A stretch of 56,886 nt of DNA from an uncultured Bacteroidota bacterium (GTDB taxonomy: Bacteria > Bacteroidota > Bacteroidia > Chitinophagales > Chitinophagaceae). Positions within the stretch are counted from its first letter, which is position 1. Each line of letters opens with the position of its first letter. Under the pieces are notes generated by a model. It worked only from the letters and a program-made list of their open reading frames with translations, ran no database searches and had not been told where the DNA came from. The stretch covers positions 1-56,886 of the forward strand of contig CAIWXG010000365.1 of assembly GCA_903916555.1 (NCBI GenBank). Reading direction: 5' to 3'. Positions 1 to 8,874 of this stretch are shown here, in pieces. A program made the position numbers and the translations under genes.

Positions 1-199
1 CCGATCTTGTTTTTTTTGTCTTCGGATAGTATGCAAAACGCTATACATATATGTAATTGTTATTTATTTTGTGCTATTATTACAGGATGTTTGATCCCAT
101 CTTACTAAGAATAATAAATAACTATAAGTATATTTTGCAACATAATACAATATTAAAATGCTTTCCTTTGCAATTATATATAGCAGATGATAATAGGCA

Positions 200-526
200 A
201 CCCTATATCCGACCTCGTTTTAAGTGGCTTATGAGTAATGACCGTATTGCCCGTTTCTTTTTAGAAACCCTACTGGAGCAAGATATATTGGAAGTACATT
301 TAAAACCGCAGGAGCTTCCATATTTTAATAAAGAAGATGATGCAAGTCTTTCTGCTGCCCTAACAGTAATGCGTCTTGGTTTTGTGGCTACTATAAAAAC
401 AGCGATGGAGAACATGAAAAAGTTTTAATTGAGATACAGAAGGCATTAGAAGAAAATAATATATATTTGCAAAAAGCATTATATATGATAAAATTATTAC
501 AGAAAAAACAAAAAGATAGTAATTAG
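200..526 (+). pseudogene. Eroded PD-(D/E)XK-nuclease-type (Rpn / transposase_31-like) gene remnant
   Basis: ORF 57..428 reads ...PYIRPRFKWLMSNDRIARFFLETLLEQ...RLGFVATIKT and then stops. Shifting frame at about 404 gives SDGEHEKVLIEIQKA, the hallmark IEIQKA block of this family, followed by a short tail to TAG at 524-526. The usual Asp (RLDF) is Gly here and most of the C-terminal half is missing. Confidence 0.45.
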
Positions 527-629
527 TCTATTGTTTTTTCTAATCTATCCAATACTTGGTAAAATAGTTGCTCAATAATTCGTAATATTGTAAAGACCAA
601 AAGTGATTTGATTTTTTAAAAATAGATGT

Positions 630-1991
630 ATGACAAATAGATTATTTACAAAATCTTTTTTTGTATTGCTTTTTATCATTTTCAGTACTTTCCTTTGTAA
701 TGCACAAAGCACCATCACTACCATAGCCGGTGATGGTATTACACAGTATATAGGAGATGGATATCCGGCTACAATTTTTTCGTTAGCCCAACCTTATGGT
801 ATTTGTGAAGATAAAAACGGGACTATTTATGTAGCAGATTTTGCAGACCACAGAATACGTAAAATTAATATTCAAGATACCCTATTTACTTTTTGTGGTA
901 CCGGTACATCGGGTTATTCCGGTGATGGTGGTTTAATTGATACTGCAAAAATTAGAAATCCATCGGGTATTTGTATAGATACTGCAGGCAATCTTTATAT
1001 TACTGAATGGTATAATAATGTAGTAAGAAAAGTTGATAAATCAACACATATTGTTACAACAGTTTGCGGCACAGGTGCTTATGGTTTTTCAGGCGATAAT
1101 GGACCCGCTACAAATGCTCATTTGGCTGATCCGTATGCATCTTGTATTGATAATGAAGGCAATATCTATATTCCGGATGCTGGTAATAACCGAATACGCA
1201 AAGTTGATATGCATACTGGTACAATTACTACTGTAGCCGGTTCGGGTGTTATGGGTTTTTCGGGAGACAATATGCCTGCTACAAATGCAAAATTATCTAA
1301 TCCTATGGGTGTTTGTGTAGATAGTTTAGGTAATATATATATTGCTGATAATGGTAATCACCGCATACGTAAAGTTGATGCTATTACAGGTATCATAACT
1401 ACAATTGCAGGCAATGGTGTTCAAGGTTATTTTGGAGATGGTGGCTTGGCTATCAATTCCCTAATAGCACAACCTAATGCAATATGCAACGATAGGTTCG
1501 GGAATATTTATTTCTCGGACTTCGGAAATAATGTAATTAGAACAATTTATACTAATGGAACTATAAAGACAATTGCCGGAAATGGTCATTATGGTTTTAG
1601 TGGCGATAATGGACCTGCTGCCAATGCTACTTTTAATGGTGCAACCGGTATTATAGTAAACGATTCAGGATATATATATATATCAGATGGTGGTAATTCT
1701 GCTATTAGAAAAGTATCTCCTTTAAATTTAGGCATATATGATGAAAATAATAACGGAAATCCCATTCAAATTTTTCCTAACCCTACACATAGTATAATTA
1801 CATTAAGCATAATCAATATATCTGAATTGCAATTTTTTGAAATTGTAAACCCAATAGGGCAAGTAATTTATTCTGCAAAAATTGCTGCAGGCAATACTGT
1901 ACTTAATTTATCTGCATGGAGTGCAGGCATTTACTTTATTCATTTATACGGGCAAAAGGAATACATGCAAAAAATATTGTTATTAAAATAA
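630..1991 (+). CDS. Secreted six-bladed NHL-repeat beta-propeller protein with T9SS C-terminal sorting domain
   Basis: N-terminal signal peptide (LFIIFSTFLCNAQS). Six repeats of G(I/V)C.D..GN(I/L)Y(I/V)AD..N..IRK(I/V). C-terminus IFPNPTHSIITLS...GIYFIHLYG is typical of Por secretion tails. Confidence 0.85.
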   Translation: MTNRLFTKSFFVLLFIIFSTFLCNAQSTITTIAGDGITQYIGDGYPATIFSLAQPYGICEDKNGTIYVADFADHRIRKINIQDTLFTFCGTGTSGYSGDGGLIDTAKIRNPSGICIDTAGNLYITEWYNNVVRKVDKSTHIVTTVCGTGAYGFSGDNGPATNAHLADPYASCIDNEGNIYIPDAGNNRIRKVDMHTGTITTVAGSGVMGFSGDNMPATNAKLSNPMGVCVDSLGNIYIADNGNHRIRKVDAITGIITTIAGNGVQGYFGDGGLAINSLIAQPNAICNDRFGNIYFSDFGNNVIRTIYTNGTIKTIAGNGHYGFSGDNGPAANATFNGATGIIVNDSGYIYISDGGNSAIRKVSPLNLGIYDENNNGNPIQIFPNPTHSIITLSIINISELQFFEIVNPIGQVIYSAKIAAGNTVLNLSAWSAGIYFIHLYGQKEYMQKILLLK

Positions 1992-2123
1992 TAGATTGAG
2001 CAAAATACAACATTATTTCTCTGATAATTTTTCCTTTTTAAGCACTTTAGACTCGTGTAGCTTTTTTAGGTAATCATCTTATCAGGATATTTACCTACTT
2101 TTACTATACAAAAATTTTCTTAA

Positions 2124-3599
2124 ATGCTACATAAAACAAAAATTATCGCTACAGTTGGGCCTGCATGCAATACGTATGATAAACTTTTAGCTTTAGTAAA
2201 TGAGGGGGTTAACGTTTTCAGACTTAATTTTTCGCATGGTACACACGAGCAGCATTTACAAGTTATACAGCATATAAAAAAAATAAATGCCACTCATAAT
2301 TCAAATATTGCAATTCTAACTGATTTACAAGGTCCAAAGTTGAGAGTAGGAGATATTAAAAACGGCTCATTGGATTTAAATAAAGGCGATGAATTTTTCT
2401 TTACAAATATAAAATGCGAAGGCACATTAGAAAACATATATATATCCTATCCCAACTTTCATAACGATGTAAGGGTAGGTGAAAAAATACTGCTCGATGA
2501 CGGAAAAATTGAAGTGATGGTAAAGCAAATAGAACCCGACAACAGGGTTAGAGTTGAGGTATTGACAAACGGTACTTTGCTTTCAAAGAAAGGTGTTAAT
2601 TTGCCGGATACTGCTATTTCATTACCATCGTTATCAGAAAAAGACTTAAACGACCTTGATTTTATTATTAGTCAGGATATTGACTGGGTTGCATTATCTT
2701 TTGTACGAACCCCTAAAGATGTTACTGATTTACGTGAAATATTAAAAAGGAAACACAGCCGTGCTAAAATTGTTTCAAAAATTGAAAAACCTGAAGCCTT
2801 AAAACATCTGCGTGAAATTATTTTGGCTTCGGATGCCGTAATGGTTGCCCGCGGCGATTTAGGTGTAGAATTACCTTTAGAACAAGTACCCATGATACAA
2901 CGTACTATTGTTAGTAAATGTATTCATAGAGCAAAACCTGTTATTATAGCTACCCAAATGATGGAGAGCATGATAGACAGAACCAGACCTAACAGAAGTG
3001 AAATTACAGATGTGGCAAATGCGGTATTAGAAGGTGCCGATGCAGTAATGCTTAGTGGCGAAACCGCGATGGGTCAATATCCCGAACTTGTTGTTAGAAC
3101 AATGGTTAGTATTATTAATGAAGTAGAAAAAGAAGAAATTGTTTATAATAGAAATTTAGTACCTCAACCACATTCACCTTCATTTTTAAGTGATGCCCTA
3201 TGTTATAACGCTTGCGAAATAGCAAAAAATGTGAAAGCAAATGCATTAATCGGCATGACACAGTCCGGATATACCGGTTTTATGTTGTCAAGTTTCAGAC
3301 CACAATCACCATTATTCGTATTTACTAAAACACAGACTTTAGTAAATCAGTTGAGTTTGAGTTGGGGAGTAAAAGCATTTTATTATGATAAGGAAGAAAG
3401 TATGGATGCTATTATAGCCGACCAAATTGAATTTCTTACGGAAAAAGGCTACTTAAAAGATGGCGATGTAGTTGTAAATACCGGCAGCACACCCGTAGAA
3501 AAGCATTTGCCTACCAATATGATTAAAATATCTAAAGTAGGTAAAATACAACATGATGCCGAATTAGTGAAAAAGTGGATGGGAGATGATTTTATTTAA
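2124..3599 (+). CDS. pyk: Pyruvate kinase
   Basis: KTKIIATVGPA, FRLNFSHG, DLQGPKLR, MVARGDLGVE and SGETA motifs; 491 aa with a C-terminal regulatory domain. Confidence 0.97.
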   Translation: MLHKTKIIATVGPACNTYDKLLALVNEGVNVFRLNFSHGTHEQHLQVIQHIKKINATHNSNIAILTDLQGPKLRVGDIKNGSLDLNKGDEFFFTNIKCEGTLENIYISYPNFHNDVRVGEKILLDDGKIEVMVKQIEPDNRVRVEVLTNGTLLSKKGVNLPDTAISLPSLSEKDLNDLDFIISQDIDWVALSFVRTPKDVTDLREILKRKHSRAKIVSKIEKPEALKHLREIILASDAVMVARGDLGVELPLEQVPMIQRTIVSKCIHRAKPVIIATQMMESMIDRTRPNRSEITDVANAVLEGADAVMLSGETAMGQYPELVVRTMVSIINEVEKEEIVYNRNLVPQPHSPSFLSDALCYNACEIAKNVKANALIGMTQSGYTGFMLSSFRPQSPLFVFTKTQTLVNQLSLSWGVKAFYYDKEESMDAIIADQIEFLTEKGYLKDGDVVVNTGSTPVEKHLPTNMIKISKVGKIQHDAELVKKWMGDDFI

Positions 3600-3639
3600 T
3601 GTGAAAAGAAAAATCAGTATTTTTATAAAAAAGATTTTT

Positions 3640-3859
3640 ATGCAGACACAAAATAAATATGTGGTTATTGACAAGGAAATTGCAGCCGGAATACCGGTTT
3701 TTAAGGGTACACGAGTTGCGGTTTATACACTGTTTGATTCTCTTGAAGACAGTTCTTTGGAAGATTTTTTATTAGGTTTTCCCTCTTGTAAGTAGGGAAC
3801 AAGCAGAAGGCGTAATTGAAGAGGCAGCTTCCAAATTTTTAAAAGAAATCACAGCATGA
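3640..3859 (+). pseudogene. DUF433-type antitoxin-like gene, frameshifted
   Basis: MQTQNKYVVIDKEIAAGIPVFKGTRVAVYTLFDSLEDSSLEDFLLGFPS matches the DUF433 pattern. The frame hits TAG at 3793-3795. A +1 shift at about 3788 restores VSREQAEGVIEEAASKFLKEITA, ending at TGA 3857-3859, which overlaps the next ATG (ATGA). Confidence 0.6.
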
Positions 3860-4209
3860 AAATTTTGCTTGATGAAAATATAGATGTTAGGTTTTAAACC
3901 TATTTTCCTGTTGATAATTACGAAGTATATACCATACCTGATATGCATTGGGTGAGTATTAAAAATGGTACATTACTAATATTATTAAAAGAGTATCCTT
4001 TTGATTATTAGATTGTAGTAGATAAAAACTTACCTTATCAGCAAAATATAAATACTTTACTGTGTGCTATTATCATTCTTGATGTATTGCGAAATACCTT
4101 AAAGTATATTACGCTATTAATTCCAAAAATAGTTGCGTGTTTAGAATGCATTACTGAAAAGAACGTGATTGTAATAACTCCTGATGTCGTTTTAAACGAC
4201 ATGAAGTAA
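3856..4209 (+). pseudogene. DUF5615-type PIN-like toxin gene with two in-frame stops
   Basis: MKILLDENIDVRF then TAA (3895-3897), then ...VSIKNGTLLILLKEYPFDY then TAG (4009-4011), then IVVDKNLPYQQNINTLLCAIIILDV... all in one frame to TAA 4207-4209. The MK.LLDEN start and DKNL.YQQN block are as I recall for partners of DUF433 genes (family name from memory). Confidence 0.6.
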
Positions 4210-4245
4210 AAAATAATTCTTAATTTTACGTTTTTTATAAATATT

Positions 4246-4653
4246 ATGCATTTTTCTACAGATAAAGCACCTAAGCCTGTTGGCTTATATCCACATGCTA
4301 AGCGTGTAGGTAATCTTTTATTTCTTTCGGGAGTGGGGCCGCGAAAAGCAGGTACCGATGAAATACCGGGATTGAAGACAGATAAACATGGTAATTATAT
4401 AGAATTTGACTTTGAAGCACAATGTAGAAGTGTATTTGAGAATGTGCGTACAATATTAGAAGAAAGCGGCAGCAGTTGGAATAAATTGATAGATGTTACT
4501 GTTTATTTAGTAAATATGAAAAGAGATTTCCAAACCTATAATAAAGTATATGCAGAATATTTTAAAGATAATCAGCCCTGCCGCACTACAATAGGTATAG
4601 AATCTTTACCCACTGCAATAGCAATAGAATTAAAATGTATTGCTGAAATATAA
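4246..4653 (+). CDS. RidA / YjgF / UK114 family protein
   Basis: 135 aa; APKPVGLYPHAKRVGNLLFLSGVGPR... and C-terminal PCRTTIGIESLPTAIAIELKCIA are typical RidA-family blocks. Confidence 0.85.
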   Translation: MHFSTDKAPKPVGLYPHAKRVGNLLFLSGVGPRKAGTDEIPGLKTDKHGNYIEFDFEAQCRSVFENVRTILEESGSSWNKLIDVTVYLVNMKRDFQTYNKVYAEYFKDNQPCRTTIGIESLPTAIAIELKCIAEI

Positions 4654-4719
4654 TTATGGAAATATTGTATTTTAAATTTGCATGTTTCTGAATAAATAAA
4701 ATTTGAGCCGATTATATTA

Positions 4720-5799
4720 ATGGAAAATACCTATACATACCATCGTTTATCTATTTTTGTAAATGCTGTTTTTTCTTCAATGGGTTGCAGTGCAAAAGAT
4801 GCAGAAATAGCTACAAAAGTATTGCTGTCTGCTGATTTAAGAGGTATCGACAGCCATGGTATTGCAAGATTAAATGGATATTTACGCTTATGGGAGGCAA
4901 AAAGAGTGAATGCAAAGCCTGAAATTAAAATTATACATGAAACACCCTCTACAGCAGTAGTTGACGGAGATGCAGGCTTAGGGCTTGTAGTAGCTCCTTA
5001 TGCAATGAAAATTGCCATTGAGAAGGCTGAAAAAGTTGGTACCGGTTGGGTAAGTGTAAATAACAGTAATCATTTTGGTATTGCCGGTACTCATGCTATG
5101 ATGGCATTAGAGAAAGATATGATAGGCATTGCCATGACGAATGCAAGTGCATTAGTTGCACCCACTTTTTCAACTGAACGTATGCTGGGTACTAATCCGA
5201 TTGCAGTAGCGATACCAGCCGGTAAGCAGCCGCCCTTTGTTGCCGATTTTGCAACAACAACCGCTGCAAACGGCAAATTAGAACTTCTGCAACGCGAAGG
5301 TAAAGAAGCTCCATTAGGTTGGGTGCAAGATGAATATGGTAATAATGTGAGTGATGCTACTATATTAAAAAACAATGGTTCCTTACTGCCTCTTGGCAGC
5401 GACAGACAACACGGCAGCCATAAAGGATATGCATTAGGCAGCATTGTAGATATTTTTTCGGCAGTATTAAGCGGGGCAAGTTATGGGCCGTGGGCACCAC
5501 CGTTTCCTGCTTATGTACCTATGCCTGTGGATATGCCCGGTAAAGGTTTGGGGCATTTTTTCGGCGCTATGAGAATAGATGCTTTTAGGCCCGCAGAAGA
5601 ATTTAAGCAAAATATGGATAATTGGATAGGGCGTTTCAGAAATGCAAAACCAATAGTAGGGCAAGAAAAGGTTTTAATACCGGGAGACCCTGAACGAGAA
5701 ATTGAAAAAAATAGGATGAAAGAGGGCATACCTATACCACATAGTTTAATTCTTGAATTAAATAATATAGCACAAAAAATGGGTGTTTTCTTGCTATAA
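4720..5799 (+). CDS. Ldh_2-family (malate/L-lactate/sulfolactate dehydrogenase type 2) oxidoreductase
   Basis: ADLRGIDSHGIARL, SNHFGIAG, NPIAVAIPA and HKGYALG blocks; 359 aa. Confidence 0.8.
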   Translation: MENTYTYHRLSIFVNAVFSSMGCSAKDAEIATKVLLSADLRGIDSHGIARLNGYLRLWEAKRVNAKPEIKIIHETPSTAVVDGDAGLGLVVAPYAMKIAIEKAEKVGTGWVSVNNSNHFGIAGTHAMMALEKDMIGIAMTNASALVAPTFSTERMLGTNPIAVAIPAGKQPPFVADFATTTAANGKLELLQREGKEAPLGWVQDEYGNNVSDATILKNNGSLLPLGSDRQHGSHKGYALGSIVDIFSAVLSGASYGPWAPPFPAYVPMPVDMPGKGLGHFFGAMRIDAFRPAEEFKQNMDNWIGRFRNAKPIVGQEKVLIPGDPEREIEKNRMKEGIPIPHSLILELNNIAQKMGVFLL

Positions 5800-5990
5800 T
5801 TAGGTGTTTTGTAACAATATTTAAGAGAACAAAAGTTTATTTTCTTATTCTAAAATATAAACTGTTAAACAATAAAAAAGTATTATTTTTGACCCAACTA
5901 AAAGATAGTTTCTAATTGTCTTGTATCTAAAGAGATTTTGCTTTATTTTGCTGTCTCAATTTTTAAATTTCTTTTAATAAAGAAAATAGG

Positions 5991-7034
5991 ATGAAAAAAA
6001 ATGTATTTGGAGTACTTATTGCAATAATGTTAAGTGGGTCGTTAATGGCACAGGATGTACATTTTACACAATATTTTACCTCACCTCTTACGCTTAATCC
6101 TGCATTAACAGGGTTAGTACCCGATGATTTACGTTGGGCTGCAAACTACCGCACACAATGGTCTGCGGTTTCAAGTACTCCTTATGTTACAGGTACATTG
6201 TCTTACGACATGGCGATGCTTAAAGGTAAATTACCTGAAGGTGATGCATTAGGTATCGGAATACTGGGTCTATACGACAAATCGGGTACGGGAGCATTAA
6301 CCAATACAACTGTAGGCTTATCAATGGCTTACCACAAAGGTATCGGTAGAGATAAAAATCAACATATTTCTATTGGTATTCAAGGGTTTTTAGTACAAAA
6401 ACATATTGATTTCCAAAAACTAACTTTTGAAGATCAATTTGATAATTCTACCGGCGGCACACCCTACCCAACAAATGAACATTTTACAAATGCCGACCTT
6501 ACCTATCCTGATTTTAATGTTGGTGTAATGTATTCAGGTAAAGTATCAGACCATGCTTTGTTGTATGTTGGTTATTCTTATTATCACATGACACAGCCTA
6601 TTGAAACATTTCTGAATGATAATAGCCACCAAATACATACACGCTCTACAGGTTATGTAGGTGGTTCGTTCGATATGAATGAATATACCGTATTGTATGC
6701 AAGTGTTTTATATCAAAGTCAGGCGTCAGCATCCGAAATATTATTAGGTACAGCTATAGGGTTTATTTTAAATCCGGGTCATGATGAAGATTTCCAAAAA
6801 AATACAGTCCTTTATTTAGGTGGTTGGTATCGCTACGAAGATGCATTAGCGCCTTATGTAGCTATTGAATGGTCTCACATGCGTATCGGTTTAAGTTACG
6901 ATGTAAATGTTTCAAGCTTTATGCCAGCTACTCACGGTAATGGTGCTATGGAAATATCCTTGTTATATTTTGGTAGAATAAATAAGCACGACAAAAACCC
7001 TGTTTATAATTGGAATTGCCCTAAATTATATTAA
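5991..7034 (+). CDS. PorP/SprF-family type IX secretion system membrane protein
   Basis: Signal peptide then QDVHFTQYFTSPLTLNPALTG, the canonical PorP/SprF N-terminus; about 330-aa beta-barrel-like body. Confidence 0.8.
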   Translation: MKKNVFGVLIAIMLSGSLMAQDVHFTQYFTSPLTLNPALTGLVPDDLRWAANYRTQWSAVSSTPYVTGTLSYDMAMLKGKLPEGDALGIGILGLYDKSGTGALTNTTVGLSMAYHKGIGRDKNQHISIGIQGFLVQKHIDFQKLTFEDQFDNSTGGTPYPTNEHFTNADLTYPDFNVGVMYSGKVSDHALLYVGYSYYHMTQPIETFLNDNSHQIHTRSTGYVGGSFDMNEYTVLYASVLYQSQASASEILLGTAIGFILNPGHDEDFQKNTVLYLGGWYRYEDALAPYVAIEWSHMRIGLSYDVNVSSFMPATHGNGAMEISLLYFGRINKHDKNPVYNWNCPKLY

Positions 7035-7058
7035 TAAAAATATTCTAAAAATAAATAG

Positions 7059-7095
7059 CCCTCAAATACTTGCGATTTGAGGGTTTGTTATTTTT
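7059..7095 (+). terminator. Rho-independent terminator after the PorP/SprF gene
   Basis: CCCTCAAAT (7059-7067) / 7-nt loop / ATTTGAGGG (7075-7083), followed by TTTGTTATTTTT. Confidence 0.6.
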
Positions 7096-7446
7096 AGTAA
7101 AAAGAATAGAGGAGTGTATATTCTAATAATACCCAGTATCAGGCAAGATTAGTCCAAAAAAAATTTCAAATAATTTTTTTGATGCCATTGTAGTTGTACT
7201 GTATAACACTAACATAGGAGGCACAAAACTTTGAAAAAGTCAGAAATTTTAGCAATTTTCTCAAACATATCTTTATTATGGATTTTATGCTTTTGAACGT
7301 TCTGAAATAAAATGTGTGAATTATGTAACTTTTTACTAAAATTATAAAACAAATATTCAACACAATTCTATCAACTTTGCGAACATCTGTATAATGAAAA
7401 ATTTGTTCGATTAATATTTCAAATAACAGTGAGTATATACTTTAAA

Positions 7447-8271
7447 ATGAAATATAACGACACGTCTGAACTGGAAATTTCATTATTATTAGAAGCTGTT
7501 TTTCAGAAATATGGTTATGATTTCAGGCAGTATTCCGAAGCGCACATTAGGCGTAGAGTCATCAACAGGATGGCGATGGCGGGATTAGAGGATATTTCTC
7601 AAATGCAATCTAAAGTTCTGAAGGATGAGTTATTTGCTTCCGAATTTTTACAGGATCTATCAATAACCGTTACCGAAATGTTTCGCGACTCTGGTTTTTA
7701 CAGGTCATTACGAGAAAATGTACTTCCTATTTTAAAAACCTATCCTTTTATAAAAATATGGCATGCCGGCTGTGCTTCCGGAGAAGAGGCCTATTCTATG
7801 GCAATAATTATGCAGGAAGAAGGCTTGTATGACAGGACTACAATTTATGCCACAGATTTTAATCAGCAAGCTTTGAACAAAGCAAAAGAAGGTATTTTTT
7901 CTAATTCAATGATGAAAGAATACACCTCCAATTATCAACTGTCTGGAGGAAAAGAATCTTTTTCGAGTTATTATACATCCAATTATGATAACGTAATCAT
8001 GAATCAATCTTTGAAAAAAAATATTGTTTGGGCTAACCATAATTTAGTTACTGATAGCGTTTTTGCAGAAGTACACTTGATATTATGCAGAAATGTACTT
8101 ATTTATTTCAATAGAAATTTACAAAATAAAGTGCAGAAGCTTTTTTATAATAGTCTTATTAATGGCGGCATTTTATGTTTGGGTTCAAAAGAAGGCTTAC
8201 GCTTTACAGATTTTTACGAAGCATATACTGAATTAGACAAAAAACAAAGAATATTTAAAAAGAAATATTAA
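7447..8271 (+). CDS. cheR: CheR-type protein-glutamate O-methyltransferase
   Basis: IWHAGCASGEEAYSMAI SAM-binding block and ILCRNVLIYF. The tracked ORF starts at GTG 7429; ATG at 7447 (MKYND...) is the more likely start. Confidence 0.85.
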   Translation: MKYNDTSELEISLLLEAVFQKYGYDFRQYSEAHIRRRVINRMAMAGLEDISQMQSKVLKDELFASEFLQDLSITVTEMFRDSGFYRSLRENVLPILKTYPFIKIWHAGCASGEEAYSMAIIMQEEGLYDRTTIYATDFNQQALNKAKEGIFSNSMMKEYTSNYQLSGGKESFSSYYTSNYDNVIMNQSLKKNIVWANHNLVTDSVFAEVHLILCRNVLIYFNRNLQNKVQKLFYNSLINGGILCLGSKEGLRFTDFYEAYTELDKKQRIFKKKY

Positions 8272-8298
8272 TTAGTTAATAGTTAAAATTGGAGAGTT

Positions 8299-8874
8299 AT
8301 GAGTTATGAAGCAATTGTAATAGGGGTTTCTTTGGGAGGAATGAATGCGTTGAAAATTATGTTTTCACTTTTGCCTAAGAACTTCAACACCCCAATAATA
8401 ATTGTACAACACTTAAGTCCGCGATCTGATAACCAATGGATAAAAATTTTAAATGAAAAAAGTAATCTTCATATAAAAGAAGCAGATGAAAAAGAAAAAA
8501 TTGAAAAAGGTAATGTATATATCGCTCCAGCTAATTATCATTTGCCGATTGAAAAAAATAAAACATTTTCTTTGACAATTAACGAACGTGTAAATTTTGC
8601 AAGACCATCAATAGATGTTCTATTTGAATCGGCTGCTGAAGCTTATAAAAATAAATTGATTGGGATAGTACTCACTGGCTCTAATAAAGACGGTACAAAT
8701 GGTATTAAACGAATACAAGAATTTGGAGGCTTAACGATTATTCAAAATCCGGAAACAACTGAATCATCTTATATGCCAATATCAGCTTTATCCGCCATTC
8801 GGCCTGATTATATTTTATCTCTTGAGGAAATAATTAAGGTGCTAATTAAAATTGACAAACAAATAATAAGATGA
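8299..8874 (+). CDS. cheB: CheB-type methylesterase/deamidase, catalytic domain only (no receiver)
   Basis: 191 aa. Triad positions present: GVSLGG (Ser), VQHL (His), TGSNKDG (Asp). The stop overlaps the next start (ATGA at 8871-8874). Confidence 0.85.
   Translation: MSYEAIVIGVSLGGMNALKIMFSLLPKNFNTPIIIVQHLSPRSDNQWIKILNEKSNLHIKEADEKEKIEKGNVYIAPANYHLPIEKNKTFSLTINERVNFARPSIDVLFESAAEAYKNKLIGIVLTGSNKDGTNGIKRIQEFGGLTIIQNPETTESSYMPISALSAIRPDYILSLEEIIKVLIKIDKQIIR

Noticed and set aside
7166-7363. 65-aa minus-strand ORF in the gap before cheR
   Set aside because: It is an AT-rich, K/I/F-biased translation with no start context or features, inside the likely promoter region of the cheR operon.
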